A stretch of 62,377 nt of DNA, counting the filler, from Nemertoderma westbladi (Eukaryota > Animalia > Xenacoelomorpha): the NCBI GenBank assembly GCA_032718475.1. It is 3 parts of 3 records of this genome, joined end to end, with 100 filler letters (N's around TTAATTAATTAA, not from the genome) between each part and the next. Parts side by side here need not be neighbours in the genome. Positions count along the whole stretch, not along the records: positions 22,102 to 50,824 come from JAUCBJ010003004.1; positions 50,925 to 62,377 come from JAUCBJ010006226.1; 1 more part is not named here. The stretch is one strand, 5' to 3'. Below the pieces are notes generated by a model. It was not told the DNA's origin. It was given only the letters and a program-made list of their open reading frames with translations, and did no database searches. This document shows positions 47,203 through 60,587 of this stretch, piece after piece; within the stretch, counting starts at the first letter, position 1, and every line of letters begins with the position of its first letter. The position numbers and the translations under genes were made by a program.

Positions 47203-48942
47203 ATATAAACTTTCATTTGCTGCAATTTGGTCAATGGACGTAATTGAAGCATCCTCGTTAAGTAAGATACAAAATTTAATGGTAGCTAGTGTTTTAGGTA
47301 GGTTTAGCTAGTAATTTCGACACTGGTTGGTTCCAACATCCTACTTCCTTCTATAAATATTTTGTAGTAGCTAGTTCTTATTACTATTTGTATAGAAAAT
47401 GTTCCAGAAGATGATAGCTATTCATTTTAAAAATTATGTTCTAGAACAAATATTTTTTGTTCTAGAACATTTTTTATAAAAATATCTGGATTATATTTAA
47501 AACGCATGGAAGAATTGTTCTAAAACGTGTTTAAAATCAATAAAAAAAATTTTAACATTTTTTTCAGAATATTTTTTATTCACAATTTCTTTTATTGATT
47601 TTAAACACATTTAAGCACAATCCTGGATAACACCGACCTAGACCCAGAGGTGTTTCGTGATAGTGTCGCATTACATTATGGCCTGACACCGCCCGGCCTC
47701 CCTGCCGCGTGTGATGGCTGTGGGAATGATTTTACTACTACCCATGCTCTAAGTTGTAAATCAGGCGGGCTAGTAATCAAGCGCCACAATGAGGTTAGGG
47801 AGGTGTTTGGAGATTTAATTTCAGCAGTTGTCGGTCCCTCTTCGGTTGAGCGGGAGGTGACACTTGCGAATGGGCACCTTGACTGACAGGGATTAAACAT
47901 CAGGGGAGTTCGCGCAGACCTAGTGGCACGTGGTATCTGGACCAATCAGAGGGTGGCGTCTTTCGACATTGCCGTGATAAACGCCGACGCCACCTCATAC
48001 ATCCAGAATAACCGTTCCACGAGGTCAATCCTCAAGCAGAGGGTCCGCGCAAAGAAGCAGCATTATCACGATATGTGCGAGTCGAGGAGGATGTCATTTA
48101 CAGCACTTGTCGGCACCACAGAAGGAGTGTGGTGTAAGGAAACCAACATCTTCATACATCACCTCGCAGAGTCACTGGTAGCCAGACACGAATGAATGCG
48201 GGAGAGTGGCCTCACCCGGGTGGTATACGCCGCAGGCTCCAGTTCGCTCTCTTACGCTCCAGCTCGCTCTGCTTGAGGGGCGGCCGCCGTCCATGGCGGG
48301 CACTCGGGTTCGGCGACGGTGCTGCTCTTCGTGGTTCGGATGTGAGAGATCACTATTAACTGCCCAGATGAGGATAAACTTTATCTGATTACAAGTCTGA
48401 TAGAAAAAGAAGGACAAGGAAGGACCACAATCAAACCAAAAAGATAAAGAAGAAATTACTGAGAACAAATGAAGAAGGAAAAAGAAGCATTCGAAAAAGA
48501 GTTGAAAATCTATTTCATTGAATCTATTGTTATATTCATTCAGTCTCAATTAATTAATTTTATTATATAATATTAACGGTTTTTTTTTTCATATGAATCA
48601 TAAAATTTTCTATATGAAAATGTTTTTTTAAACACGTTTTAGAACGATTCCATGTGTTTTAAATATAATCCAGATTTTTTTCTAAAAATGTTCTAGAACA
48701 AAAAATATTTGTATTTTAAAAAAAATTATAGCTATCATCTTCTGGAACATTTTCTATACAAATAAAAATAAGAACTAGCTACTACAAAATATTTATAGAA
48801 GGAAGTAGGATGTCGGAACCATTGTCGAAATTACTAGCTAAACCTACCTAAAATACTAGCTACCATAAAATTTTGTATCTTACTTAACGAGGATGCTTCA
48901 ATTACGTCCATTGACCAAATTGCAGCAAGTGAAAATTTATAG
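47203..48942. mobile_element. AT-rich foldback element with ~330-bp inverted arms, containing a CRE fragment
   Basis: TTTGCTGCAATTTGGTCAATGGACGTAATTGAAGCATCCTCG at ~47216 is mirrored at ~48885-48930. Confidence 0.85.
47622..48500 (+). mobile_element. 5'-truncated CRE-like retrotransposon fragment (different subfamily)
   Basis: FRDSVALHY...CDGCG...HALSCKSGG...RHNEVRE, RADLVARGIW, FDIAV, KKQHY, FTALV. Confidence 0.85.
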
Positions 48943-49166
48943 AACTTTCCCCATATCAAAATATCAAATTGTTGTAAAAAAAATCTTGCCCCCAGTCACC
49001 ACCCCCAGTTAACACGATGGCATGGCCTTGTATATAGTACGCCTTGACCATAATCCCATCGGATTGGGGAATCGATGCGCCACGAATTAAATCGCTCTCA
49101 ATCATCACTGGACCGATACATAATACATCTTATTATTAATGGAAAATTGCACAGCTCAGTATAAGA

Positions 49167-50720
49167 TTGCTAGTTCAGCTAGGAGAGGTAAAATGGGGTT
49201 GTGGAATCCGCAGAATCCGCAATACAATTCTAACAAGCCAAGACCTATCAAATTGTGTGAAGTCATGTATTGTACTTAATGATGACCCCTGCAACCTAGC
49301 TGATCATACACCTGTATCCGCAACGCTGTTCTATGATAAAGACATCAATTGTTGCTTGAAACTATACAAGCAGAAGGCCGAATTTTTTAATTTCAATAAA
49401 GCAACAACAGACCAAGTTAATCAATGTAATGATGAAATTGAATCCTACCTTACCGCTCATTTCAACACCATGTACAGTGAGTCAAATTACTCAACAGATC
49501 CAGAATGCGCTAAAATATCCCTGAACATAGTCTCACAGACAATACTCCATGCTGCAAGAAATCACATCCCACGTACATACTTAAAGCGAAGGACCAAATA
49601 GAACTACAGCGCTATTGCCCGCAAGGGTAAAATCCAACAAGGAAACAAAATTGGTCTCCTTAAGGAGGACATGGGAAAGGCCAAGCTTGCATGGGAGAAT
49701 GGTGGAGGTGTCATTAATTACTCGAGCGAGAATGAATCCTACATATATTACCGTAATACTTGTCGTCGCTACAGCACATCACTATCATACGTCCAGAAGA
49801 GACAATATGAACAACACATAACAGAGATGGCTGAATACTGCAAAGGTAACGACAATCGATTCTGGAGGTGTATAAAATCTGCTCACCAATATATTGATCC
49901 TTCTGAAGAAGCAACAGATAATTTAATCAACTACTACCATGATCACTTCAAATTACCTATGACTTGTAAAAAACAACAACACAATGCAAACCATCTACCA
50001 CCCAATGAATTAGTACCCCTGATAAACCCAACGAAAATTGCAGAGGCAATTCGGTCACTTAACAGCAATAAAGCTTCTGATGTTTTCAACCTGAAGGCAG
50101 AGCGACCTGTTCTGAAGGCTGTCTGAAGGCCTGCGATTTGGTTTATGTGATGGTCTTCTTCGTTTCCTATCTCATATGTTCAACACCCTGAGAGTTACTG
50201 GATCATGTCCAAACAAATTAGGAAAGTCACTACTGATACCAGTCCACAAAAGGAAAACAATGCAAAAAACACAATAAGACCAATGCAAAAAACTATCGAG
50301 GGATAACACTAATAGCTATTATCGCAAAACTCTGGGATAACTACAGTACTAAAAGAGTAGGAGCTCTTTTCACAGTTAAATACAAATGACCTACAACTGG
50401 ATTGTAACCACTAATAAGCACTGAAATCACTTACTTGAGCGTTACCAATATAATCTCCTACTTCAACAAGCAACACTCAGAAACACATATCCTTTCCTTG
50501 GACTTGTCATCAGCCTTCGACAGGGTAGACTATACAAAGCTGCTTCAGATTCTAGAGGCCCATAATGTAGAACCCCACCTCCGCAGAACGCTTATGGCAT
50601 ACTACCATTCTGGCTCTGCATACCTCTGCATCATCGGTGGCATTCGACACAATAACGTAATCAATCCGACAGGGTAGTATATTATCTCCTTTCCTGTTTA
50701 ATATCTATATCTCTATTGCT
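49167..50720 (+). pseudogene. Decayed APE-RT LINE ORF2
   Basis: ADHTPV (end of APE), FWRCIK, NYRGITL, LDLSSAFDRVDY, ILSPFLFNIYI; many stops and frameshifts. Confidence 0.82.
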
Positions 50721-50824
50721 AAACATCTTGTTTATCTCAAGTTTAAATCATAATTACATTAAATATACAGCGGTTGCTATGGAAATTTCACGTTGTTGCT
50801 ATGGAAATGTGTACAGGACTTCAT

Positions 50825-50924
50825 NNNNNNNNNNNNNNNNNNNNNNNNNNNNNNNNNNNNNNNNNNNNTTAATTAATTAANNNNNNNNNNNNNNNNNNNN
50901 NNNNNNNNNNNNNNNNNNNNNNNN
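50825..50924. other. Assembly gap linker
   Basis: N44-TTAATTAATTAA-N44. Confidence 0.97.
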
Positions 50925-51091
50925 ATAGTGGCTAGCGATTCTAATAGGCCTGGCTAATCAATTAGTTCTGTAGTTGTAATATATATTCAGATATTATATA
51001 GGCCTATACATTATATTGATGATCAATCTCGCTATTGCTATTCGTACTGTTCGATCATTCATTGCAAAAAATTGCGTTGGACTACTCCGAG

Positions 51092-54000
51092 ATGATTGGC
51101 TCTGGAAAAGGATTAACGACTTCCCAAGCTGAAGCACCATGCAGCGCTCATATACAGTACGCGAACGCGGGAAATTTTGCGAAAATACCCCGAGAAACGG
51201 CCCGCAATCCACAGAAAGGCGTCGTGCAGTTCGCCATTAATGACGATGTTAGGAATTTCCGGCATTTACAGCAAGCGAGCGATAGCTTGGGATCTCGGAT
51301 TCTCCCGACACACCAAGCACCACCACCGGCATTAGGTCACCAGCAGCAAGCTTTCCATATGAACCCGCAAACAATGCGAAGTCCCCCCCACATCCATCAA
51401 CAGCCCCCACTCTCCTTCCACCATCTAGGCAACCGACGTATATCTTTAATCGCCGATTACCACACACGACAGGGTTATTCGAGTAACTCCACGATCACCC
51501 CTAATCCAACCCTCCGCCCCTCGATAATATCAGCCCCCGACACCCGCCCACCTCCCTCTTCTCCGGTAACTAAACAAGCGCTGATCGAATCGATGGGAAA
51601 AGTCGACACGGAGATAGACATTGTCGAGCAAAAAATAAACAAGCTAATAAGCAAACAACGGGAGCTCGAAAATGAAGCGAATAAACCTAGGGTTGTCCAC
51701 GCGAAAACTGGTGAGAGCGCCGTGGTAAATCAGCATGAATCGTTAGCTCAGACCATTTATATGGAAAATGATGACAAATCAACATCAGCTCATCGGTTAG
51801 TAGCCGGTGACAAACATAATTCTACAGGGTTTCCTTTGTATAATCAACCATCGGATTGCGCTGTTTATCATAAAAACGTGACTGCTGCGAAATTATTGAA
51901 ACCTGCTTTGATCGCAAGTCTCGCACGCACGAACAAAGCGCGTTGGTTGCGCGACCAGATAATGAGTCAGTGGTATGCTGATGAGTACAAGGCATGGGCG
52001 AAGAAGGTGGAAGCCCATCAGGTGAGCGGGAAACGCCGCGCGAGGGCCGTCAAGTTCCGCGATAACTTCGAGAAGGTTTTCCCAGATCTCCGTAAGAAAA
52101 GAGACCAGGTGGACCGGCTGAGTCGGATGGGGACTCGAACGGGACGCAGTGACGCGGATGTAGAAGAAATCGCGTCAGTCCTACACGAGAAGGACCTCAG
52201 CGATAAACATATGCACGCGATGGCAGTGATTCCCCCGATTCTATACGATGCAAAGCGTCGCAACATGAAATACATCAACGATAACGGGCTGATTGGTGAC
52301 CCTGCCGCCGACTGGAAAGCCAGGCAGAAGACAAACATCTGGGCCGTCCAGGAAAAGAGAATATTTCGCGAGAAATTTCTTCAACATTCCAAGAATTTTG
52401 GTTTGATTTCCTCTTTCTTGGAGAATAAATCAGTTCGCGATTGCGTCGCTTTCTATTACCTAACGAAAAAGAAGGAGAATTATAAACAACAAGCGCGACG
52501 AACTGCAGTGAAGAAGCGTAAACTCCCTCATAAATCAACATTCGAAGGTCTGCAGCCCGCTGTGCGTGAAGCCAAAGCCGACAGTCTAGAGAGTGCAGAT
52601 AGCAACATGGCGGAATCGATTGATGGATTTAACGACACCATCGATGAGGTTTCTTCTATAGCGGTGTCTGATGAAGTGAAGGCGGATCTTGTTGTGGGTT
52701 CCGAGAGTGTTACCACCGAGCCGGAGCACTACAGACCTTGGCTGTCCCGCCTGGGGAGTTGTCCCTACGCGAAGTGTCTGTCCGGAATCGCGGCCCCGCA
52801 GAAACTCTACGAGTTGCCTTCATTGTGGATTGATTTGTACCGCGGGGCGATTGAGGCCGAGTTGGGGGTCAGTAGTAGCGGGAGTGGGGAGGGCCCTGCC
52901 GAGGCGTGCATTCGGTGCCGGGACTACGTGCTGCAGCGTTGGGTTGAACCGGATTGGCCGGGGCAGCGCGTTGACGCCCTCAGGCGGGCGCTTAAAGAAC
53001 ACGGACTCAACTGGCTCGAGGTCTGCACCATGGTGACCGACCGCACGCCCGAGCAGTGCAAGAGTTTCTACCACACGTACAAGTCGAAGTACGGACTCGA
53101 AGCCTGTGTGCAGGCCTTCATGGTAAAGAAAGGAGGAGTCAGTAAACGGGAGCGCAGCGAGTCTACGCTGACTGCGTTTGAAGGCGAGACTATGGAGTCT
53201 AGTGTCGTTGCGGCTGACAGTCCATCGGACACTGTGAGTGCAGACGGGATGGAAGTGGCCGGAATCTGTGAAAGTAAATCCGAGGAGCCGTGGTCCGGGG
53301 GGGAGAAACACGATATAATACGTGGGATCGTGGTGTCCGAGTCCGTGTCCACCCGCTGCCCGGAATCATGTCCTGCAGATAGTCCGCCTGCCTCTGCAGT
53401 CGCTGTACAGGGGTCTATCGTGCGGGGCACCCCGATGCGCTCCACAGCGCAGAAAACAAACGAGGCGGCATTCGGCCGCGTTCCATTGGCCACCGTGTCT
53501 CCCGTAGCGACGCCGCTGACCCGCGCCCCGTCGGGTGGCGACTACTCTCAACCAGATCGTTTAAACAACGCGACACAAAGTCGCCACGAAGAGCTGCGAC
53601 AGGCGTACCAGGTCTCGCGACGGCTGGACGCGGGCAGTGGCACTTCGGCTCGGATCGCCACGGTTGCGCCGAGCGTCCAACGCCCCTCGGAGCCGGTGTA
53701 CTACCCCAGCAGGGGGCAGATGAGGCGGTTAATCGGGGAGCGGCTCACGCAGGATCCGTTCTTAGCGGAACGTTTCGACCTGGAAGGCCGACTAGTTGAG
53801 CCGGCGCCCGTTCTCATGGGAGGTAGCGAGCCCATCAGGGCGCTGCCCCCACAGCCTTACCGCGTAGCTGTGGATTACTCATCATTACGACTCACCGACG
53901 AGCAGCACCGAGCGTCCGAGTCGCACAAACTCACTGCGACCGAACACCGGCCACTCCATGTGATTGACAGCCAGACTGGAGATATATTCGCTATCGATTC

Positions 54001-54916
54001 TGCTGTCTATGGAGCGGGTCTACGGGTTGATCAGGCAGGTTTGCGGGTTGATCAGTCGGGTCTGCGTGTTGATCAGTCAGGTTTGCGGGTTGGTCAGTCA
54101 AGTCTGCCTCTGCGGGTTGATCAGGCGGGTCTACGGGTTGATCAATCGGGTCTGCGGGTTGATCAGTCGGGTCTGCATCTGCGGGTTGATCAGGCGGGTC
54201 TGCGGGTTGATCAGGCCGGTCTGCGGGTTGATCCGGCGGGTCTACGGGTTGATCAGTCGGGTCTGCCTCTGCGGGTTGATCAGGCGGGTCTACGGGTTGA
54301 TCAATCGGGTCTGCGGGTTGATCAGTCGGGTCTGCGTGTTGATCAGTCAGGTTTGCGGGTTGATCAGTCAGGTCTGCCTCTGCGGGTTGATCAGGCGGGT
54401 CTGCGGGTTGATCAGGCCGGTCTGCGGGTTGATCCGGTGGGTCTACGGGTTGATCAGTCGGGTCTGCCTCTGCGGGTTGATCAGGCGGGTCTGCGGGTTG
54501 ATCAGGCCGGTCTGCGGGTTGATCCGGCGGGTCTACGGGTTGATCAGTCGGGTCTGCCTCTGCGGGTTGATCAGGCGGGTCTACGGGTTGATCAATCGGG
54601 TCTGCGGATTGATCAGGCTGGTTTGCGGGTCGACCAATCAGGTTACCGGGTTGATCAATCGGGTTTACCCTTATGTGTTGATCAAGCTGGTATAAGATTT
54701 GACCCATCGGGTTCACGGGTTGATCCATCGGGTTTACGGGTTGACCCATCGGGATTACGGGTTGACCCAACTGCTGCTGGCGGATTGGCAGTGCTACCTG
54801 GTGCGACTCCTTTGCTGCGTTACGATGCCGCGATGTTGCCGGTACAGTACGACCGTCTGTCCCAGGGTTACAGACTAGCTGACTCCTTACATCTACACCA
54901 AAATAGGGTGCGCGAG
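51092..54916 (+). CDS. NCOR: Nuclear receptor corepressor (NCoR/SMRT family), exon 1
   Basis: GPS2-binding coiled coil (LIESMGKVDTEI), PLYNQPSD, FEKVFP, AVIPP, SANT1 (FREKFLQHSKNFGLI...YYLTKKKENYK), SANT2 (LKEHGLNW...QCKSFY), GSIVRGTP. Donor GAG|GTGAGA at 54917. The start codon is uncertain because the exon lies close to a gap. Confidence 0.93.
54015..54770 (+). repeat. In-frame 21-bp (and 27-bp) tandem repeat encoding GLRVDQ(S/A), inside NCoR
   Basis: About 30 units visible in both DNA and protein. Confidence 0.95.
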
Positions 54917-55679
54917 GTGAGATTGGCATCTTATGTAAATAATATGATACTAATAGATAAAATGTATTAATTAAAATAAAATAATTAAGTAGATGAGTAA
55001 TCCGCACTCAAGATCTTGGTTACGGATTTGCCACAATATTAGCAATATGTGGGATATTCGGCAAATTATTGTGCTGATTGGATACGACACCTTATTTAAA
55101 TAGTTTTCTTGCTGATGCTACTAGGCCTACTACTATTACAAGGTCGAGCGAACTCGGACAGTGGAAATGAGATCCTTCCAGGCTTCCCGATTCTCCATAG
55201 TTGTCGTAATTTCGTTTCTCCCAAGTTCAGTTTGTCCTGGCAAGTTGGTCTATATATGTTATATTTGGGTGTGTAGTGTATTTCTGTTGCAGATGCATCA
55301 TCAAGCCTTTGTTTTCAATAATGGTGTCCTAGTCACTGCTGTTGTAGCTCTCAATGACTTATTTAGCTGAGCCCTACTGGGCTGACAGCTACAGGTAGTA
55401 CCACAGTTAGTACTGCCAGAGTGGTAGCAGGATCTGGGGACCCTGACATGACCTGTTGATGGGAAAGTCCGATTTGTTTACATTTTTAGTTAAAAAGCTT
55501 ATGATTCACACATGGGGTCATGACTCGTGTTAGGATACAAAATATGAAACATAATTCCTTTGTAAGTTACTCATACTTTGTAGATATAACATATATAGGG
55601 GCGGGCGGCGGCGGGGTCATTGTTCTAAGTTAATGTTATTAAACAAAGGTTTCACTATTTCTTACTTCTGTGTCCGCAG

Positions 55680-56020
55680 ATGATAGCTTTGGAGCAGCAA
55701 CACCTGGCACCCAGCTACCCCCGTCCGTACGGCCATGCGGAACCACTGCGAGCCGCGACCTTACTTCCGGTGGGACACGGCGACCCCCTCCACCGATCCA
55801 CCGCTCTGCAGCCAAGCATTTCCTCCGGTGTAGCTTTGGGCGCCTCTGGTGTCCCTTTGGGCTCCTCCGGTTTATCTCCAGGCTCCTCCGGTTACGTACA
55901 GCGCAGTTTCACTACCGCTTCGGCTCCTCCGGACCCCTCCACCGTTGCCACCGGTTATAATGTAGGTCACCATGTCTCGAGATATTATCCTATGATTGAG
56001 GCCCCCACGATGAACACAAA
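55680..56020 (+). CDS. NCOR: NCoR exon 2
   Basis: Acceptor TTCTGTGTCCGCAG|ATG is phase-0 compatible with exon 1. Donor AAA|GTGAGT at 56021. Confidence 0.78.
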
Positions 56021-56705
56021 GTGAGTTTATTCAGATGTAATTTATCTTTGATTTTATGTCCCTCTGGCATAACCTGCCACTTGTCACCCAATTTATACAA
56101 AAGTATTTAAATAAATTTCATTACATTTTTTTTAAATAAATATATTTCAATTTTTTAATAGCAGCCGCTGCCAATATTTTAATAGTCGCTCTAAGTATTT
56201 GAACTTCCAATTAGGACCAAGCGGATGTTTGACATATTATTATATATATATTATTTAAACAATTGAATATATATTATTATATTCAGAGAAGTTTATTTCC
56301 TACAAAATACCGATAAATATACGATGTTAATATATGTTGTATTTCATCCGGTGCCTTTATTACGGAGTCTCTATAGGCCTAGGGACATTTGTGGAGATAT
56401 ATTTTAACTAACACCTTCGAACTTATTAGTAAATAATATAATACCTTTACAAATATCCCTTTACATACCGTACATATCGTGCTTTATTATTTATTTAGGA
56501 GAGCTTTTAACAAATAGTTTTTATAATTTAAACTAACTGATACTTATTCTTATACCACTTTAATCAAATTTTAAGTGCATATTATTATATATTTTAATTT
56601 ATATTAAATTGTATGTACTTAGATCCGCTTTAGAGTACTTTATACGTATATGCAACCCTATATAAATATATTATTATTATTATTATTATATCTAGGTATA
56701 TAGTA

Positions 56706-56934
56706 GAGCCAGATAGGGGGGAAAACTGGACGCAATACAAATTCATCCCTCTCCAGGGGAAATTAGACGCAAATAACAGCTGATTACTCTCAAAAATAAA
56801 AATCTATTGTGTTTAGTTTTTTGTTTTGGTTAAAATATCGTGCCACTGTAACCTGCTCCTTTCCCTAAATTGAGAATTTAACATTGAGGCGGGTTTTGCG
56901 TCCAGCCCCCCCCCCCCCCCCCCCCCCCTGTCTC
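56706..56934. mobile_element. Sola2-like MITE in NCoR intron 2
   Basis: GAG...CTC termini, inverted CTGGACGCAA motifs, 4-bp TSD AGTA. Confidence 0.65.
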
Positions 56935-57880
56935 AGTAGAACTGTAGTAATTCTCACCACAGACAGCCAGTGTTGTTAGGTTACATATTATAGTCACTTT
57001 CAATAAAAAAAACACACTAATTTATGGATGAGTTATACAATTCTAAACATTATAAGGTATTTATTTCTTGATCACGTTTGAAACACTTTGTATTCACAAA
57101 TGTACTAGCAATGCAGGAATGACTTCGAAATTTTACACAGTCGTAGATTAAATATCAAATTGCTTAGATCCACTCTCCTTTGAATTATTATTCGATCCTT
57201 TGTTATAATTTAGCGAAAAATAATTTTCCCTTTTTTTTACTGAACGTTCAGTGGTTTATTTCGGATTAGTTCTCGACATGTGGGCTGTTTATTCATCATT
57301 AGCCATTTATTAAACCAAATAATAATAATATTATTATTGTTGCCCGGGGTAAAATATTTCGATCGATTTTCTGAAATTTTCGATTAATTGTAGATGATTT
57401 TCGATTATTACCAATGAAATACTAACTATTTATTCGATTTAAATAAAGTCCACTGTATTTCACGCCACTACGAGTGGGAATATTTCCACGAACGAACGTA
57501 AGCGAGTGAGTGAAATATGATACGAGAACCTGAAAGTGAAATACAGATACTTTATTTAAATCGAATACCGGTATGTCGTTTTATTTTCAAGTTTCGAAGT
57601 TTTATCAAATAAAAATCACATTATACCTGAACCCGTAGTACCGTATGGGACCGGTAAGACCTGTGTAGCTTGTGCTGTCTGCATCTGTGATGGATGACTT
57701 TCTGTTACGCCTATCTCGTAAAGGTAGAATGCGCTACAATCATTCTGAAAGAATACTGTTGCTTTGTTTCACACCGTGATATATGATACCCCATAGCCCA
57801 TCATTGAGTTTACTTTATTTCACGGCGTATTTCACGCCGATTTGAAATAAAAAATATTTGTAAAATTATTCATTGGTTAA

Positions 57881-58789
57881 CACGTTAGCTGCGACTCTGA
57901 AACCACCGGTTCTTTGTTACTGCGGATTGTGCACCGGTGAACAACCATGTGCTATTTCATGACTGCAGGATTTGAGGCTTGGCGTTTAGCTGGTGCGGAT
58001 TGTGCACCGGTGCTCAACAATTTACTTTTTGTTAATTACATTATGTGGGAACGCCTTTGGGCACCGGTGCTCAAATTTACTATCATTGTATTTATAAAAC
58101 TATGTAGAACCACCATGGAAGAAACCACATCTCAATACCTCCTTCCAGGCCAGAGATAGTTGTTTGAATTTCATCAAAATTGTATATATTTTTTTATGAT
58201 TTTACTCTTACAGGGTTAACAATTTTCAAAACTGTACCAATGATTATCCCATCACATTAGTAAATGACTTTTGGCCACTTCCAAAATTTCAGAATTTCAG
58301 GGGGTAGTCCCCTAGCCTCCCCAGGGTCCGTGCCTGTGTATGGGCGTAGTAGATAATGACCCACCCCCATCAATCATTTGGGTTTTAAAAACATTAGAAA
58401 GTAAAACAATATAAAATAATATTGTTACTGTTACAACAGCACATTTGCTCATGCAATATAAATTAACACATGAAAAGTAAACAGTTAACAGTTATTACTA
58501 AGTAATGCTAACTAACAATGAACTAAATCAAATAGGCCTAGCTATTGCTAAAGCATTTTAAAAATCCCGCCATATTTATATAATTAGAAATATTGAGCAC
58601 CAATATCAACTTATAGCCTCCGCTCTCAGGGCTAACCAAGCCAATATAGCTCCCCACTATAGGGTTGCACATGCACAGGTCATGTTGACCGGTGCTCAAT
58701 CCGCAGTAAGAAGTTGACAGGGGGTAAAACCTGCCGCAGTAAAGTTAAAACACGAATTGTGCACCGGTGCTCAATCCGCAGCTAACGTG
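57881..58789. mobile_element. piggyBac-like non-autonomous element in NCoR intron 2
   Basis: TTAA|CACGTTAGCTGCG ... CGCAGCTAACGTG|TTAA, with subterminal GCACCGGTG repeats. Confidence 0.82.
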
Positions 58790-59163
58790 TTAACTATATA
58801 TTTGAAAAAATTTTATTGTAAAATTAAGATTATAAATGATTATTATTTCAAAAGTTACTGTGTTTAGTGTAAAGTGGTAATTTACATTGTCCTGATGACA
58901 GCGCTGTGTTCCATTAATTAATGAATGGATTGAGTGAGTGAGTGCAATAATGCAAAAGTATTAGAAAACTGTTACTGTATGGAACTTTATTATAAAATTT
59001 TAACATTACATTACAAAATTACAGAAAAATATAAAGTTATAAAAACTTGATGCTTTTTGTGTTAAAATACAGTTTTATGTTTTATTGTCGTAACTCATAA
59101 ATATATCGATGAAAGCGATGATTCTCGATCGATCTTCACTCTTTTTTGACAACCATATTACAG

Positions 59164-59723
59164 GTACCTAAACGCCCACCATCTTGCCGACTCGACCAAT
59201 CACCCCTCGATAGACCCCAACCGCATGAACCTAGCGGAGGCGCTGTCCGTAGCCAAGGCGACGCCCGTCCAACCACCGCCCAGACACCCTGCCCTCGATC
59301 CAACGCCCCCCGGCGATGTCCCGCCCACCTCTCGCCCCTCCCATCGGGAGGACGCACGTCGCGCAATACTCTCCAGTGATTGGCAGACGTCCCGCTACCT
59401 GCCAGCCAATAAGGAGACCCCGGACGAGGTCGACACAACCACCCCCGAATCGAAGTCACCCAGACGACGAGACCCTGCTAGCCCGCGTTGCTATAGCGAC
59501 CGGGTGGCTTTGTACACGCCGGACAGCCCCTCCCGGGCCGTGGAAGGCCGGCGCTCCAGCGGTGAGTCTTGCAACCCCGTCTCTATGCTTATCGACGGAA
59601 TCATAAAGAAACGCATCAACCAACCGCCGTTTCTGGGGGATTCCCTGGTCTGCAGTGACGTCACTCAATCACCCATGGTTACGGATTCTAGCTATCATGC
59701 GCCATCCACACAGCGCAGCCGAG
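59164..59723 (+). CDS. NCOR: NCoR exon 3 with a CoRNR-box-like motif; the gene continues beyond
   Basis: Acceptor TTACAG|G is phase-compatible with exon 2 (AA|G = Lys) and the frame is open. VSMLIDGIIKKRI resembles NCoR FIDVIITRQI. Donor GAG|GTAGGC at 59724. Confidence 0.8.
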
Positions 59724-59994
59724 GTAGGCAGCATATTTTTGTATCTCATAAGTCATTATTATTTATTATTTATTATTATTAATTGTATTATTACCCATGT
59801 AAGACGTTGAACCGGAAGATATCTGTCTCGTCAAATCCGCAGAGCGACTGAGTGAATTAAAAGATTAATAAAACGTCCGGCGGTATTCTACGTGAGTCCC
59901 TCACTACATGCAATACGAGATGTTCAGATACATTTGGATCGTCCTTTATGGTTTAAATCTTCGAAACAAAACTCTCCCAGCTAAGTTTCACCTT

Positions 59995-60115
59995 GGCGTT
60001 GGGGAAATAATTTTCCTTGAATTCACATCTCCGGAGGTCGCGGGTTCGATCCTCGTATGGGGGCAATGGTGGTTTTCGTTTCGGTACGAATGCTTTAAAG
60101 GGACTTGGAGTTGAG
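59995..60115 (+). mobile_element. tRNA-derived SINE copy
   Basis: GGTCGCGGGTTCGATCC (B box), then GAATGCTTTAAAGGGA. Confidence 0.65.
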
Positions 60116-60587
60116 CTGTTAATGCAACTAATGATGTATTCTTCTTTTTACTTTTTTCTTACTTATTTTAATAGTTTTGTCATTAAATGGACTAGTCAGG
60201 GCGCATAAGTAGCCACGACCGAAGAAAACTTTACTTTACTTTTACTTAATTTTTTAACATTTTTTAGAGCCGTAGCCTCTGCGTTTGTCTTTTCATTACT
60301 AGCGTTACAGACAGAATGGTTTAAGGAAAGTTACGTCCAACTCAGAGATGGAATGAAATTTTCATGGGTCGTAATTATCCGGATCCAGCTAGGACAATTC
60401 CGACCCAAAATAATTTAAAAGTATAATAATAATAAATAGTAATTTTATTTAAAATTACATTATTTTATTTTATTATTCAACTTAAGATTGCTGTGTCCAT
60501 GGATATTCTTTGTTCTAGACACGTTTGCTAAGTAAAGTAATCTTACAGTTGCGTTGTATTTTTCGAATGGAATATATTCGGTATTAA

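Noticed and set aside
53964-55007. ORFs 53991-55007 (-) and 53964-54695 (+)
   Set aside because: Shadow frames of the 21-bp NCoR coding repeat.
59995-60070. tRNA gene
   Set aside because: A B box is present but there is no intact cloverleaf, and the downstream body is shared with other dispersed copies, so it is a SINE head.
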